Shown piece after piece: positions 8,729 to 18,385 of a stretch of DNA of 64,000 nt. The notes under the pieces were generated by a model, which did not search any database, had not been told where the DNA came from, and saw only the letters and a program-made list of their open reading frames with translations. This DNA comes from an uncultured Sediminispirochaeta sp. (lineage in GTDB: Bacteria > Spirochaetota > Spirochaetia > DSM-16054 > Sediminispirochaetaceae). How positions within the stretch are numbered: position 1 is the first letter of the stretch; every line of letters starts with the position of its first letter. Location of the stretch: positions 25,595 to 89,594 of the forward strand of contig CAZDFY010000003.1 in the NCBI GenBank assembly GCA_964504785.1. Direction: 5' to 3'. A program made the translations under genes and the position numbers.

Positions 8729-10423
8729 CTATTTGTTCAATTTTTTCTTTAGTTTCGCCCATGTATCTTTTAGTGATACCGTGCGATTAAATACCGGCTG
8801 TTCCGGTTGGGAATACTTTGTATCCACATAGAAATATCCCTTGCGTAAAAACTGATAAAATTCCCCCGGTCGTGCGGCTTTCAAGGAGGGTTCCAGTTTG
8901 GCCTCTTTTACTATCTGAAGAGAATTCGGGTTTATATCGTCAAGAAACTCCCCTGTGGTTTCCCCTGGATTTTCAGTGGTAAAAAGGTGATCATAGATCC
9001 TTATCTCAGCCTCAAATGCGTGACTGGCTGAGACCCAGTGGCTGGTTCCCTTTACTTTTCGCCCGTCGTCGGTCCATCCTCCCCGCGAAGCCGGGTCATA
9101 GGTGCAATGTATCTCTTCAATCTCGCCGTTGTCGGGATTCTTTCGAACATCCACGCATGTGATATAATAGGCGTGCTTGAGCCGAACTTCCCTGCCCGGG
9201 GCAAGCCTGAAGAACTTTTTCGGCGGATCTTCCATGAAATCCTCTCGTTCAATATAGATTTCACGACTAAAAGGTATCTGTCGAGTTCCCGCGGAGGCAT
9301 CTTCAGGGTTGTTATCCGCTTCAAGCCACTCTTCCTGATCTTCAGGGTAATTATCGATAATCACTTTCACGGGGTCGATTACCCCCATAACCCGCTGAGC
9401 GCGTTTGTTGAGGTCCTCCCGCAGACAGTGTTCGAGGAGCGCAATATCTATAGTGCTGTTTGATTTTGCCACTCCGATACGTTCGGCAAAATCTCGGATG
9501 GACTCCGGTGTATAGCCCCTTCGTCGAAACCCTGAAATGGTCGGCATACGGGGGTCGTCCCAGCCGTCTACGTATTTGTTTTTTACCAGTGTAAGAAGCT
9601 TACGTTTGCTCATAACTGTATAATTCAAATTTAAACGGGCGAACTCGTACTGATGCGGGGTATGTTCGATTTCCGAGGCCTCAATGACCCAGTCGTACAG
9701 GGGGCGATGGTCCTCAAATTCGAGGGTACAAATTGAATGGGTGATCCCTTCTATGGCATCCGAAAGAGGGTGGGTAAAGTCGTACATCGGGTAAATTGTC
9801 CAGGTTTCACCGGTGCGGTGGTGCTTAATTTTCTTAATACGGTAGAGTGTCGGGTCCCTCATATTCAAATTCCCCGAAGCCATATCGATCTTTGCTCTCA
9901 ATACGTATTTGCCCTCTTCAAACTCACCCTTCCGCATTCGTTCAAACAGATCGAGGCTTTCTTCTATAGGGCGTGAACGGTCGGGGCTCTCCTTTCCCGG
10001 CTTTTTTAAAGTTCCCCGGTACTCCCTTATTTCTTCAGGTGAAAGACTGTCGATGTATGCTTTCCCGGTTTTAATAAGGTGTACCGCACACTCATACAAC
10101 TGTTCAAAGTAGTCTGAAGCAAAGTACTCGTGTTTGTCCCAATCAAAGCCCAGCCAGTGAACATCCTCTTTAATCGATTCAATATATTCTATTTCTTCCT
10201 TTTCAGGGTTGGTATCATCAAATCGCAGATGGCAGCGGCCCTTGTATTTTTCAGCCAGGCCAAAGTTGAGGCAGATCGATTTTGCATGCCCAATATGCAG
10301 GTATCCGTTTGGTTCGGGAGGAAAACGGGTTGCTACTTGTCCCCCGTATTTTCCTTCCTTCAAATCTTTTTCAATAACACGTTCAATGAAGTGTAGAGAA
10401 CTTCCATTTTCGCTAGAATCCAT
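8729..10423 (-). CDS. glnS: glutamine--tRNA ligase
   Basis: HIGH motif ([10 protein letters not shown]), KMSKS-type VMSKR and an [11 protein letters not shown]-terminus. Start moved to ATG 10423 (GAGAGG RBS); the 32-codon upstream extension in the track is not GlnS-like. Confidence 0.9.
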   Translation of the reverse strand: MDSSENGSSLHFIERVIEKDLKEGKYGGQVATRFPPEPNGYLHIGHAKSICLNFGLAEKYKGRCHLRFDDTNPEKEEIEYIESIKEDVHWLGFDWDKHEYFASDYFEQLYECAVHLIKTGKAYIDSLSPEEIREYRGTLKKPGKESPDRSRPIEESLDLFERMRKGEFEEGKYVLRAKIDMASGNLNMRDPTLYRIKKIKHHRTGETWTIYPMYDFTHPLSDAIEGITHSICTLEFEDHRPLYDWVIEASEIEHTPHQYEFARLNLNYTVMSKRKLLTLVKNKYVDGWDDPRMPTISGFRRRGYTPESIRDFAERIGVAKSNSTIDIALLEHCLREDLNKRAQRVMGVIDPVKVIIDNYPEDQEEWLEADNNPEDASAGTRQIPFSREIYIEREDFMEDPPKKFFRLAPGREVRLKHAYYITCVDVRKNPDNGEIEEIHCTYDPASRGGWTDDGRKVKGTSHWVSASHAFEAEIRIYDHLFTTENPGETTGEFLDDINPNSLQIVKEAKLEPSLKAARPGEFYQFLRKGYFYVDTKYSQPEQPVFNRTVSLKDTWAKLKKKLNK

Positions 10424-10614
10424 TAGTTCAACCTCTCTTAGTATATCCCCGCCTCGGGTCCGTAACGTGTGCGTCCTAAGACTCGCCGATAGTATCACAT
10501 TTTGATAGATTATCTTCAATAGAGGTGCTGAGAATACCTGCTGAGAAGGCGGAAATTGTCCTTTTTCAAAGGCTCCATTACTAGTATGACTACTTAGTAT
10601 ATAGATTTTTTGAG

Positions 10615-11844
10615 CTATTTTTCCGGCAGGCTGATATAGAAAACAGAGCCTTGTTCCGGATGACTATCTACCCACAAGCGCCCATTATTACGCTTGACCA
10701 ATTCATTGCTAAGTTTTAAACCGAGTCCGGTTCCCTGTTCTTCCTGAGTACCGTGTGTGGAAAAAACAGAGCCTATATCAAAGAGTTTGTTTAATTGTTC
10801 CGTTTCTATACCGATACCCTGGTCAATTACTTCAATCAGTATCTCCTCCGCCTCCCGCTGGGCACGGATTGTTATTGTTCGATGAGGGTGGCTAAACTTT
10901 ATGGCATTTGAAATGAGGTTTCGCAATACCGTGTGCAGCATGTTTTCATCGGCTAGTGCTGTTAAATCCGGTGTTACTTCCTGGGATAGTAAAATGTCCT
11001 TGCCCTTTGCCTGGGTTTCAAACAATCCGCAGACCGAATCAATTAGTGGAGCAAGTTCAAATTCCTCCGGTCTTGCCTCAATTTTTTCAGTTTGACTGCG
11101 GGACCATGAAAGGAGGTTCTGCAGCAGCAGATCGGTATTTGTTGTGATTTTTTTTAACTCTGAAATGATATAACGGTTTTCCTCTTTACTTACATCAAAC
11201 TCCACTTTTTCTAATAAATTGATAAAAGAAATAATGCTCGCAAAGGGATTCCGAAGGTCGTGGGCGATAATGTTGAAAACTTTATTCTTCGCGTCGTTTG
11301 CCTCTGCAAGACGACGGTTTGTTTCTTCAAGGCGTGCTTCAAACTCTTTTTGTTCGGTGATATCGAAAACAATTCCTGTGATTTTCAGGGGAGCCCCATC
11401 ATTATCGTATTCTACAATCCTGCCGCGGTCATAAAACCACTTATATGCCCCGCTGCGGGTTTTAATACGGTATTCCACCTCATACGCGGGTATTTTTCCG
11501 TAAAGATGGCGACGCATATTGTCCATTGTTGCCTCATAGTCATCGGGATGAAGCAGGTTGGTAAACGCATCCACCGTTGGAGAAAATTCGGATACCTCAT
11601 ACCCAAGGGCCTGTACCTTTTTAGGGTTAAATATCACTTTACCAGTTTTTACATTCCACTCCCAGCGGCCTAAATTTCCGGCCCAGGAAAATTCAAGCTT
11701 CTCATGAATAATACTCCGTTCCAGCTCCTGCTGTTTAAAATCCTGCTTAAAATGCTGCAATTCCTGGTTTTCTCTCTCCAACTCCTTGAGTTTTTTTACA
11801 AGCTCTGTGTGGTTCATCTGTTCATATTTGTCGTTGCTATTCAT
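10615..11844 (-). CDS. PAS-domain sensor histidine kinase
   Basis: 409 aa. N-terminal coiled coil, PAS region, H-box HDLRNPF, N-box LISNAIKF, G-boxes DQGIGI and GTGLGL. Confidence 0.85.
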   Translation of the reverse strand: MNSNDKYEQMNHTELVKKLKELERENQELQHFKQDFKQQELERSIIHEKLEFSWAGNLGRWEWNVKTGKVIFNPKKVQALGYEVSEFSPTVDAFTNLLHPDDYEATMDNMRRHLYGKIPAYEVEYRIKTRSGAYKWFYDRGRIVEYDNDGAPLKITGIVFDITEQKEFEARLEETNRRLAEANDAKNKVFNIIAHDLRNPFASIISFINLLEKVEFDVSKEENRYIISELKKITTNTDLLLQNLLSWSRSQTEKIEARPEEFELAPLIDSVCGLFETQAKGKDILLSQEVTPDLTALADENMLHTVLRNLISNAIKFSHPHRTITIRAQREAEEILIEVIDQGIGIETEQLNKLFDIGSVFSTHGTQEEQGTGLGLKLSNELVKRNNGRLWVDSHPEQGSVFYISLPEK

Positions 11845-11853
11845 TTTTCACTC

Positions 11854-12978
11854 CTAACCGATATGGGTTACTTTGAAAAGGAGTCCCGGCTTATAAAGAG
11901 TAACACGATTTCTCCCATTAGACTTTGAGGTATACAATGCCTTATCGGCCTGCTCAATAATCTGCGCAGCTGTGGTGAAGCGGGCCGTATTGATGTAGTT
12001 AACACCAATACTTACCGTAATCTTTAGGGCTTTTTCCAAGTATTGTATTTCCATCTGCTCAATCTCTTTCCGAATACGTTCAGCAACATGAAAGGCAGCC
12101 TCCTTTGTGCTTTCCGGCAACAGAACTATAAATTCTTCACCACCAAAGCGGGCGACGACATCTTCTTGCCGTAAGGTCTGTTCCAGGGTCCTGGATAAGT
12201 GAAAAAGAACTTTATCGCCGGCTAAATGGCCATGCTGGTCGTTGAGCTGTTTAAAGTGATCAATATCAAGCAGGAGAATAGAGATGCTTTTATCATAACG
12301 CTGGACTTTCGCAAGCTCTTCGTTAAGACGCTTGTAAAAAAATGAATGGTTATAAAGTTGAGTTTTAAAATCTGTTACGCTGCTGCGATAATGAATTACA
12401 TTCTGAAAACTTAGGGATGCGAATTTCAGCAGACGATCAATATAGACTATCTCTTCGTCGGAATATTCCCCTTCTACTATTTTCTTACCGACGATGATCA
12501 TTCCGTAGAGTTCATCCGGACCGCTAATGGGGATTATTATTTCCGGATTAAGGGGTTTTAGATATTCAGCCGCTGCCTGGTTTTGAATTGAATACTCGAA
12601 AAGTGAAAAGCTTATGGTTCCCGGATAAGTGGAAAAATAGCGATTATATGCTTCCAGGGAATGAATGGGGGCCGGCGATTCAACCCTTTTTAGGTTATGG
12701 TAGCAAATAGTGCGAGGTCTTTGATCTTCTCCGTGTAATTTAAGCACGAACTGTAAAAAACTGGGAACAAATTTGTCTACAAGATTTGAGGTGATATAGT
12801 CAATCAGACTGTCCCCGCTATCCTGGTTGAAAATTTCAATTGCATCGGAGAGCAATTCTTCCAAATCGTGTATGCGGCGTTTACAGTTAGAAAGATAGTC
12901 AAAAATGCCCAAAGAGTTCAGCAGATCGTAGTGCTTGATAGCCTCAGGGCCTTTCATAAAATTATCGACGTTTTTCAT
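11854..12978 (-). CDS. diguanylate cyclase (GGDEF) with N-terminal sensory domain
   Basis: 374 aa. GGEEF active site with an RQED (RxxD) I-site five residues upstream. Confidence 0.85.
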   Translation of the reverse strand: MKNVDNFMKGPEAIKHYDLLNSLGIFDYLSNCKRRIHDLEELLSDAIEIFNQDSGDSLIDYITSNLVDKFVPSFLQFVLKLHGEDQRPRTICYHNLKRVESPAPIHSLEAYNRYFSTYPGTISFSLFEYSIQNQAAAEYLKPLNPEIIIPISGPDELYGMIIVGKKIVEGEYSDEEIVYIDRLLKFASLSFQNVIHYRSSVTDFKTQLYNHSFFYKRLNEELAKVQRYDKSISILLLDIDHFKQLNDQHGHLAGDKVLFHLSRTLEQTLRQEDVVARFGGEEFIVLLPESTKEAAFHVAERIRKEIEQMEIQYLEKALKITVSIGVNYINTARFTTAAQIIEQADKALYTSKSNGRNRVTLYKPGLLFKVTHIG

Positions 12979-13075
12979 AGCTGTATGTTAATTAAGATAC
13001 CCTAAAAAGATAAAGTTCACAAGCCGGACTCTGGATAAAACTAATATGCCTTGTTGAAAAGTGTAGTTCATAGTT

Positions 13076-13789
13076 TTACTTATGTCCAATAAGTTTTGCA
13101 AGGTTTGGAAACTCAGCTCCATAATAGTAGCTGAGGATAAAATGCCCCAGATCAAAAATTCCTTCCTTCCGGTCACCGATAATGTGGTCGATTATACGGG
13201 AGTCTGCACTCGCGATAATGGAGTGGCTATTCCTTTTCAACTCGGTATCGGCGGAGCAGCTGAAATTAATCACTACATGTGTATCCCCGACACTAAAAAG
13301 CTGTTTCAAATATTCTGTGTTCTCCAGTGCTTCAAAGGGCAGGGCTGCCTGGGGGTGGTCAAGAACAACCTCGACTTCGGAAGGCTGGAGCTGGGAGAGT
13401 GAACGGGAGATAAGGGTAAGTACGTGCGAAAAAATAGAGATGGAGGAAAAATGAGAATAGTTTTCCCCGTCGTCCCGCACCACGCAGTCGGTAGCGATAA
13501 AAAGATTCCTGCCGTAAAAGTAGTTCATCAATAGGTAGAGCAGGTTTAAAAAATCTATGCTTAAGGACCTCTCTTTTACTTCCTCCGGTACTAGAAGCCT
13601 CCCGGATCGCTGTTGATTTAGTTTTTTTGAGAACACACCTCGGTAGAGCACGGTACGTTGAGATTTGTTCAGTTGATAGTGGTCTGATATAAGTAATCGA
13701 GTCCGTTTTTCCGGGTATCCCTTGTTGAGGAGACAGTAATAGTCGATAACCGCCTGTTCAAACTGGGCCTCAAAAAACTCTCGGCGCAT
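13076..13789 (-). CDS. hypothetical protein
   Basis: 237-aa ORF in an operon-like array. No motif I can name with confidence. Confidence 0.45.
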   Translation of the reverse strand: MRREFFEAQFEQAVIDYYCLLNKGYPEKRTRLLISDHYQLNKSQRTVLYRGVFSKKLNQQRSGRLLVPEEVKERSLSIDFLNLLYLLMNYFYGRNLFIATDCVVRDDGENYSHFSSISIFSHVLTLISRSLSQLQPSEVEVVLDHPQAALPFEALENTEYLKQLFSVGDTHVVINFSCSADTELKRNSHSIIASADSRIIDHIIGDRKEGIFDLGHFILSYYYGAEFPNLAKLIGHK

Positions 13790-13818
13790 ATGTAACTGCT
13801 GTTTCCCTCCTACTCTCT

Positions 13819-14709
13819 TTAAAGGAATTGCATATATTCTACCAGATATGTGGTGTCCTGAACATCAAAAGCCCTTGTTAAACAGTATTCTTCATAAGTA
13901 AAGAAGTACAGCCGTTGCAGCGCCGGGGGGACAGTGGTAAGTTTCGATCTTATTTGTTTCAGTAGTAATTCTGCCTCCTTGTAGTGTCCGGTATACAAAT
14001 TATATTGAACATAACTCAAATCCAAAACGAATTTTGATACCGCATCCTTCAAAGCCGACCCTCTCCGACTTTCTAAAAGAGGGATTATACGATGATCATT
14101 TTCTTTTTGGCCGTCGTGCATATAAAGCTGTACCAAATGAAGTGTGGCCCCTTCTTTTTTTAGGCGTTCTTCGCGCTGCTGCGAGTAAAGTTCGGAGAGA
14201 CGGACCGCCCGTTTTTCAATCAAAAAGATGGTGTCTTGAATATTACGCATCGACCCATCTTCAGGGGTGAGAAATTTTCCCTTTTTTCTAAGGGGAGACT
14301 TTGTAATTGGGCTGTAAATAGCGTTACTACGCCATTCGAGCCTTTGCGGTTCCTTGTGACGATAGGTGGGTAAGATGAGCAGAGGCCCATCCTTAAAATA
14401 GCCTGACAGCTCCGTGCGGACCACCGGGTTCTTTTTCCCACTTATCGCCCATACACTCTTGATGAGCTTATACTTTGTATCGAGGTTTATAGTATCAACA
14501 AGCTCAAGCGGAAGAATGAGGCCGCTGTATAGACTGTGAACGGCGGTGTACGGGTTTAAGGAGACCCCTACGGTAGCAGTCGACCCTTGAGGGAAGATAG
14601 CAACAGAATGTCTGTCTGAACCAGAGGGTGAAGAAGCACACCCAAGGATGATAATAAGGATTCCACATAAAAAGCTGATTCGTAGTGCACGTAACATATT
14701 TTCCTCCAT
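13819..14709 (-). CDS. putative lipoprotein, unknown function
   Basis: 296 aa. Signal peptide ending in the lipobox-like IILGC|ASS. Confidence 0.5.
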   Translation of the reverse strand: MEENMLRALRISFLCGILIIILGCASSPSGSDRHSVAIFPQGSTATVGVSLNPYTAVHSLYSGLILPLELVDTINLDTKYKLIKSVWAISGKKNPVVRTELSGYFKDGPLLILPTYRHKEPQRLEWRSNAIYSPITKSPLRKKGKFLTPEDGSMRNIQDTIFLIEKRAVRLSELYSQQREERLKKEGATLHLVQLYMHDGQKENDHRIIPLLESRRGSALKDAVSKFVLDLSYVQYNLYTGHYKEAELLLKQIRSKLTTVPPALQRLYFFTYEEYCLTRAFDVQDTTYLVEYMQFL

Positions 14710-14844
14710 ATGTTAATAGAGGAAAAAAATGCATCCCTGCTTCAAAAAAATAAGAAAAAAACAACATTTCCCGGAATTTCGACCTTTTTTCAGAGGACTC
14801 TTTATTACAACCCTCCTATTTAAGGCACCAGGCTGAAGAGTTCT

Positions 14845-15288
14845 TTAAATTTCCAGCCCGTTCATTTTTTTTACCCTGCGAGTATGTCTGCCCCCGGCGA
14901 ATTGTGCATCAATATAGGCGTCCAGCATCTCTGAAACCGGTTCGCTGTACTCTATTCTGCCGCCGAAGGCAAGAAAATTCACATCATTGTGCTCCCTGGC
15001 CATACGGGCGGCAAAACTATTTTGCGGCATTGCGCAGGTAATTCCGTTCATTTTATTTGCGCTAATGGAAATACCTATCCCTGTACCACAGCATACAACT
15101 CCAAACTCGTACCCGCCCTTACGGAATTCATTCACCGCGTCAACGGCCTTATCCGGATAATCGACCGACTCCTCAGTGGATACTCCTACATCTGTTATTT
15201 CATAGCCACGCTTTACAAGGTGGTCAACAATTTCTTTTTTAATCTCTAATGCCCCATGATCAACGCCGATTACTACTTTTGCTGCCAT
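14845..15288 (-). CDS. rpiB: ribose-5-phosphate isomerase B
   Basis: CGTGIGISISANK motif. Start set at ATG 15288, preceded by AGGAGG; the track ORF extends 16 codons further upstream. Confidence 0.85.
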   Translation of the reverse strand: MAAKVVIGVDHGALEIKKEIVDHLVKRGYEITDVGVSTEESVDYPDKAVDAVNEFRKGGYEFGVVCCGTGIGISISANKMNGITCAMPQNSFAARMAREHNDVNFLAFGGRIEYSEPVSEMLDAYIDAQFAGGRHTRRVKKMNGLEI

Positions 15289-15472
15289 ATTGCGCCTCCT
15301 GGAGGGTATTCTAATAACTTGTTTCAAATGCGGCAAGGCACCCCCGCTATGCCCGTTTCCCTATCAATTCCCCTGGGCCCTCCTGGACCGGATAAAACAA
15401 AATTTGACGTATCCCTCGGAATGAATAATAGTATATTGTAATGAACTAAATACCAAGATAGTGGAGAAATCA

Positions 15473-18379
15473 ATGGCGGCGCGGGATTCTTTTAGAATTG
15501 TGGGTATAGGAGCTTCAGCGGGAGGGCTGGAAGCCCTGGAAGAGTTTTTTCGTTCCATCCCCGATGATACCCAATTGGCCTTTGTAGTTGTTCAGCATCT
15601 CTCCCCGGACTATAAAAGCCTCATGGTGGAGCTACTTTCAAAATATACAAAAATGGAAGTAAAGCGGGCTGAAGACGGTATGGAGGTAGAGGTAAACAAT
15701 GTGTACCTGATACCTCCGCGTAAGAATCTAAAAATTTATCATGGAAAACTGTATCTTACAGAACAGGACCACAGTCATGGATTGAATCTTCCTATTGATA
15801 TCTTCTTACGGTCCCTTGCGGAGGACCAGAAAGAGCGGTCTATCGGTATTATTCTCTCCGGAACGGGAAGCGACGGAACCCTTGGAATCCGGGCTGTGAA
15901 AGGGGCGGGGGGGCTTGTTTTTGCTCAGGACAATATCTCCGCTAAATTCGACGGTATGCCCCGCAGTGCCAGTTCTACGGGTTTAGTTGATTACGTATTA
16001 CCCCCCAAGGATATCGCCCATGAGTTGTCAAGGATTATTCAACATCCCCTGCTTGATCATGAAAATGAAGATGAGGGAGAGCTGTCAACTCGGCATGCCA
16101 CCGTTATCTCTAAGATTTTATCCCGAATACGAGATGTTGTAGGGGTTGATTTTTCAGAATACAAGGATTCTACAGTTATTCGTCGAATTGAGCGGAGAAT
16201 CGGAATAAATCAGCTCGATTCCACCGAAGAATATGCTGCGTTTTTGGAATCCTCACCAAAGGAAGTCCACGTCCTGTATAAGGACCTATTGATCGGTGTA
16301 ACCCGCTTTTTTAGAGACACCGAGGCTTTTGAAAATATAAAAGAAACAGCAGTTCCGGACTTGTTAAAGAAAAAGAAGGATGAACAGCAGTTGCGTTTAT
16401 GGTGCATGGGTTGTTCCACCGGAGAAGAGGCCTATTCTTTGGCAATTTTGTTTTATGAAAAGATGCAGGACCTGAATATCGACTACGATGTGAAGATATT
16501 CGCCACCGATATAGATCGTGATAGCATCGAATATGCCGGAGTAGGCATTTATCCAGAGAGTATCGTTACCGATGTAAGTCAGGACCGGCTTCATAAGTTT
16601 TTTACAAAAAAAGAAAATACCTTTCAGGTAAACCCGGAAATACGGCGTATGGTCATCTTTGCAAACCACAATGTGATGCAGGACCCGCCCTTTTCGGCAA
16701 TTGATATGATCAGTTGTCGTAATATGCTCATTTATCTAAAACCGGAAATACAACAAAGGGTTTTGGGGGCGTTTCATTTTTCGATAAAGCAGGATGGGTA
16801 TCTGTTTCTCGGCTCCAGTGAGTCCGTTGGGGAATTAAGCGGCGTGTTTGGCCTCGTCGATACAAAATGGAAGATTTACCAGTGTAAACAGAAATCCCAG
16901 CAAAACAGGGTTTCCGATTATTTTGTTCCTCCCCTCAAGCCCAACAAGAAAAAGCGGGAGCGGTTTCCCCAAAAGATCTACACCAAAAAAGCCGCCGCCG
17001 GCGATGATATGATGGAGAGTGCCTATGACTACCTGATCCATGAGTATGTACCCCCGTCGATAATAATTGATCGTAACCTCAATTTGATTCATGTGTGCCG
17101 CGAAGCCTCCAAGTTTATGAAAATACCAACCGGTAAAATTTCGCTGAATGTACTTGATTTACTGCCGAACGGCATTAAGGCTGCGGTGAGTACGGCGGTA
17201 CATAAGGCCCTAAAAGAGGATAGTCCCATTACCTATAGGGACCTTACCCTGCAAAATGAAAATAAAACCTTCTTTGTAGACTTATCCGTCCGCCCGGTGC
17301 TTGATCGACAAAATAAACCGATCGGGTATTTTCTCGTGATGTTTCAAGATCAAGAGGACCGCGTTCGGGAACCAGAGGATGAGGAAAAGAGCTCCTTCGA
17401 TGAACAACAAAATAAGATGATCGCGGATTTGGAGCAGGAGCTTCAATTTACAAAGGAAAACCTTCAGGCAACAATAGAGGAGCTGGAAACTTCCAACGAA
17501 GAGCTCCAGGCAACAAACGAAGAACTGATCGCCTCTAATGAAGAGCTGCAGAGTACTAATGAGGAACTTCAGTCGGTGAATGAAGAGCTCTATACGGTAA
17601 ATGCCGAATACCAGAATAAAATTGAGGAGTTGTCGGAGGCCAACAATGATCTGAAAAATTTTCTCAATAATACCGATATAGGAATGGTTTTTTTAGATAA
17701 GGAGTACAAGATCCGGAAATACACCCCCGCGGTAACGGAGGTAATAAACATAATGGAAATGGATGTTGGACGACCGATAGAACACATAACCCGCAATATT
17801 GAAGAACATGAGTTTATGGAGGATATCCGACGGGTGTTGATTAACCTTGCTCCGGTAGAAAAAGAGATCAGCACCAAAGAGGGTAAGTGGTTCCACATGA
17901 AAATCTTGCCCTACCGTACGGTGAATAACGTAGTTGAAGGTATTGTAATTACCTTTTTGGATATTGATGAGAAAAAGAAATTTGAGGATAAGCTGAAAAA
18001 AGAGCGAAATCTATTAGTAAGGATTCTTGAGAACAGCCCGGTGGGTAAAACAATGGTGAACAAGGAGGGCAAAATTGTTTTTGCGAATCAAAAAGCAGCT
18101 GAAATATTCGGTATTAGCCGGGAGGAGATACTGAAGCGAGGTTTCGGTGACCGCGGTTGGAAAATAACGGATTTTGAAGGAAAGGAAATACCCGTTGAGG
18201 AGCTTCCCTTCAGTAAGATTATGCAGACTAGTGGTTCCCTTTATGACTATAAGCACACAATTAAAAAACCTGATGGAACAACAATATATTTGCTTATTAA
18301 CGGCTCACCCCTTTTTACTGAAACCGATGGTGAAGTTGACGGAGCAGTGTTTAGCATACAGAAAACCGAGGTGGAGTGA
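15473..18379 (+). CDS. CheB methylesterase-CheR methyltransferase fusion protein with coiled coil and C-terminal PAS domains
   Basis: N-terminal CheB-like region ([25 protein letters not shown]). CheR SAM region ([26 protein letters not shown]). NEELQxxNEEL heptads, then PAS-like segments. ATG 15473 has a GGAG RBS; the track uses GTG 15461. Confidence 0.85.
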   Translation: MAARDSFRIVGIGASAGGLEALEEFFRSIPDDTQLAFVVVQHLSPDYKSLMVELLSKYTKMEVKRAEDGMEVEVNNVYLIPPRKNLKIYHGKLYLTEQDHSHGLNLPIDIFLRSLAEDQKERSIGIILSGTGSDGTLGIRAVKGAGGLVFAQDNISAKFDGMPRSASSTGLVDYVLPPKDIAHELSRIIQHPLLDHENEDEGELSTRHATVISKILSRIRDVVGVDFSEYKDSTVIRRIERRIGINQLDSTEEYAAFLESSPKEVHVLYKDLLIGVTRFFRDTEAFENIKETAVPDLLKKKKDEQQLRLWCMGCSTGEEAYSLAILFYEKMQDLNIDYDVKIFATDIDRDSIEYAGVGIYPESIVTDVSQDRLHKFFTKKENTFQVNPEIRRMVIFANHNVMQDPPFSAIDMISCRNMLIYLKPEIQQRVLGAFHFSIKQDGYLFLGSSESVGELSGVFGLVDTKWKIYQCKQKSQQNRVSDYFVPPLKPNKKKRERFPQKIYTKKAAAGDDMMESAYDYLIHEYVPPSIIIDRNLNLIHVCREASKFMKIPTGKISLNVLDLLPNGIKAAVSTAVHKALKEDSPITYRDLTLQNENKTFFVDLSVRPVLDRQNKPIGYFLVMFQDQEDRVREPEDEEKSSFDEQQNKMIADLEQELQFTKENLQATIEELETSNEELQATNEELIASNEELQSTNEELQSVNEELYTVNAEYQNKIEELSEANNDLKNFLNNTDIGMVFLDKEYKIRKYTPAVTEVINIMEMDVGRPIEHITRNIEEHEFMEDIRRVLINLAPVEKEISTKEGKWFHMKILPYRTVNNVVEGIVITFLDIDEKKKFEDKLKKERNLLVRILENSPVGKTMVNKEGKIVFANQKAAEIFGISREEILKRGFGDRGWKITDFEGKEIPVEELPFSKIMQTSGSLYDYKHTIKKPDGTTIYLLINGSPLFTETDGEVDGAVFSIQKTEVE
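17471..17596 (+). repeat. in-frame 21-nt (heptad) tandem repeats encoding (S/T)NEEL(Q/I)x
   Basis: Peptide [43 protein letters not shown]. The DNA copies are degenerate at third codon positions. Confidence 0.8.
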
Positions 18380-18385
18380 GGAAGA

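Noticed and set aside
10424-10519. 32-codon N-terminal extension of glnS in the ORF track
   Set aside because: The extension is not GlnS-like. The internal ATG 10423 has a GAGAGG RBS, and the conserved N-terminus begins shortly after it.
12988-13176. 62-aa minus-strand ORF between the GGDEF gene and the 237-aa hypothetical
   Set aside because: It overlaps the 3' end of the longer ORF in another frame and has no RBS or motif.
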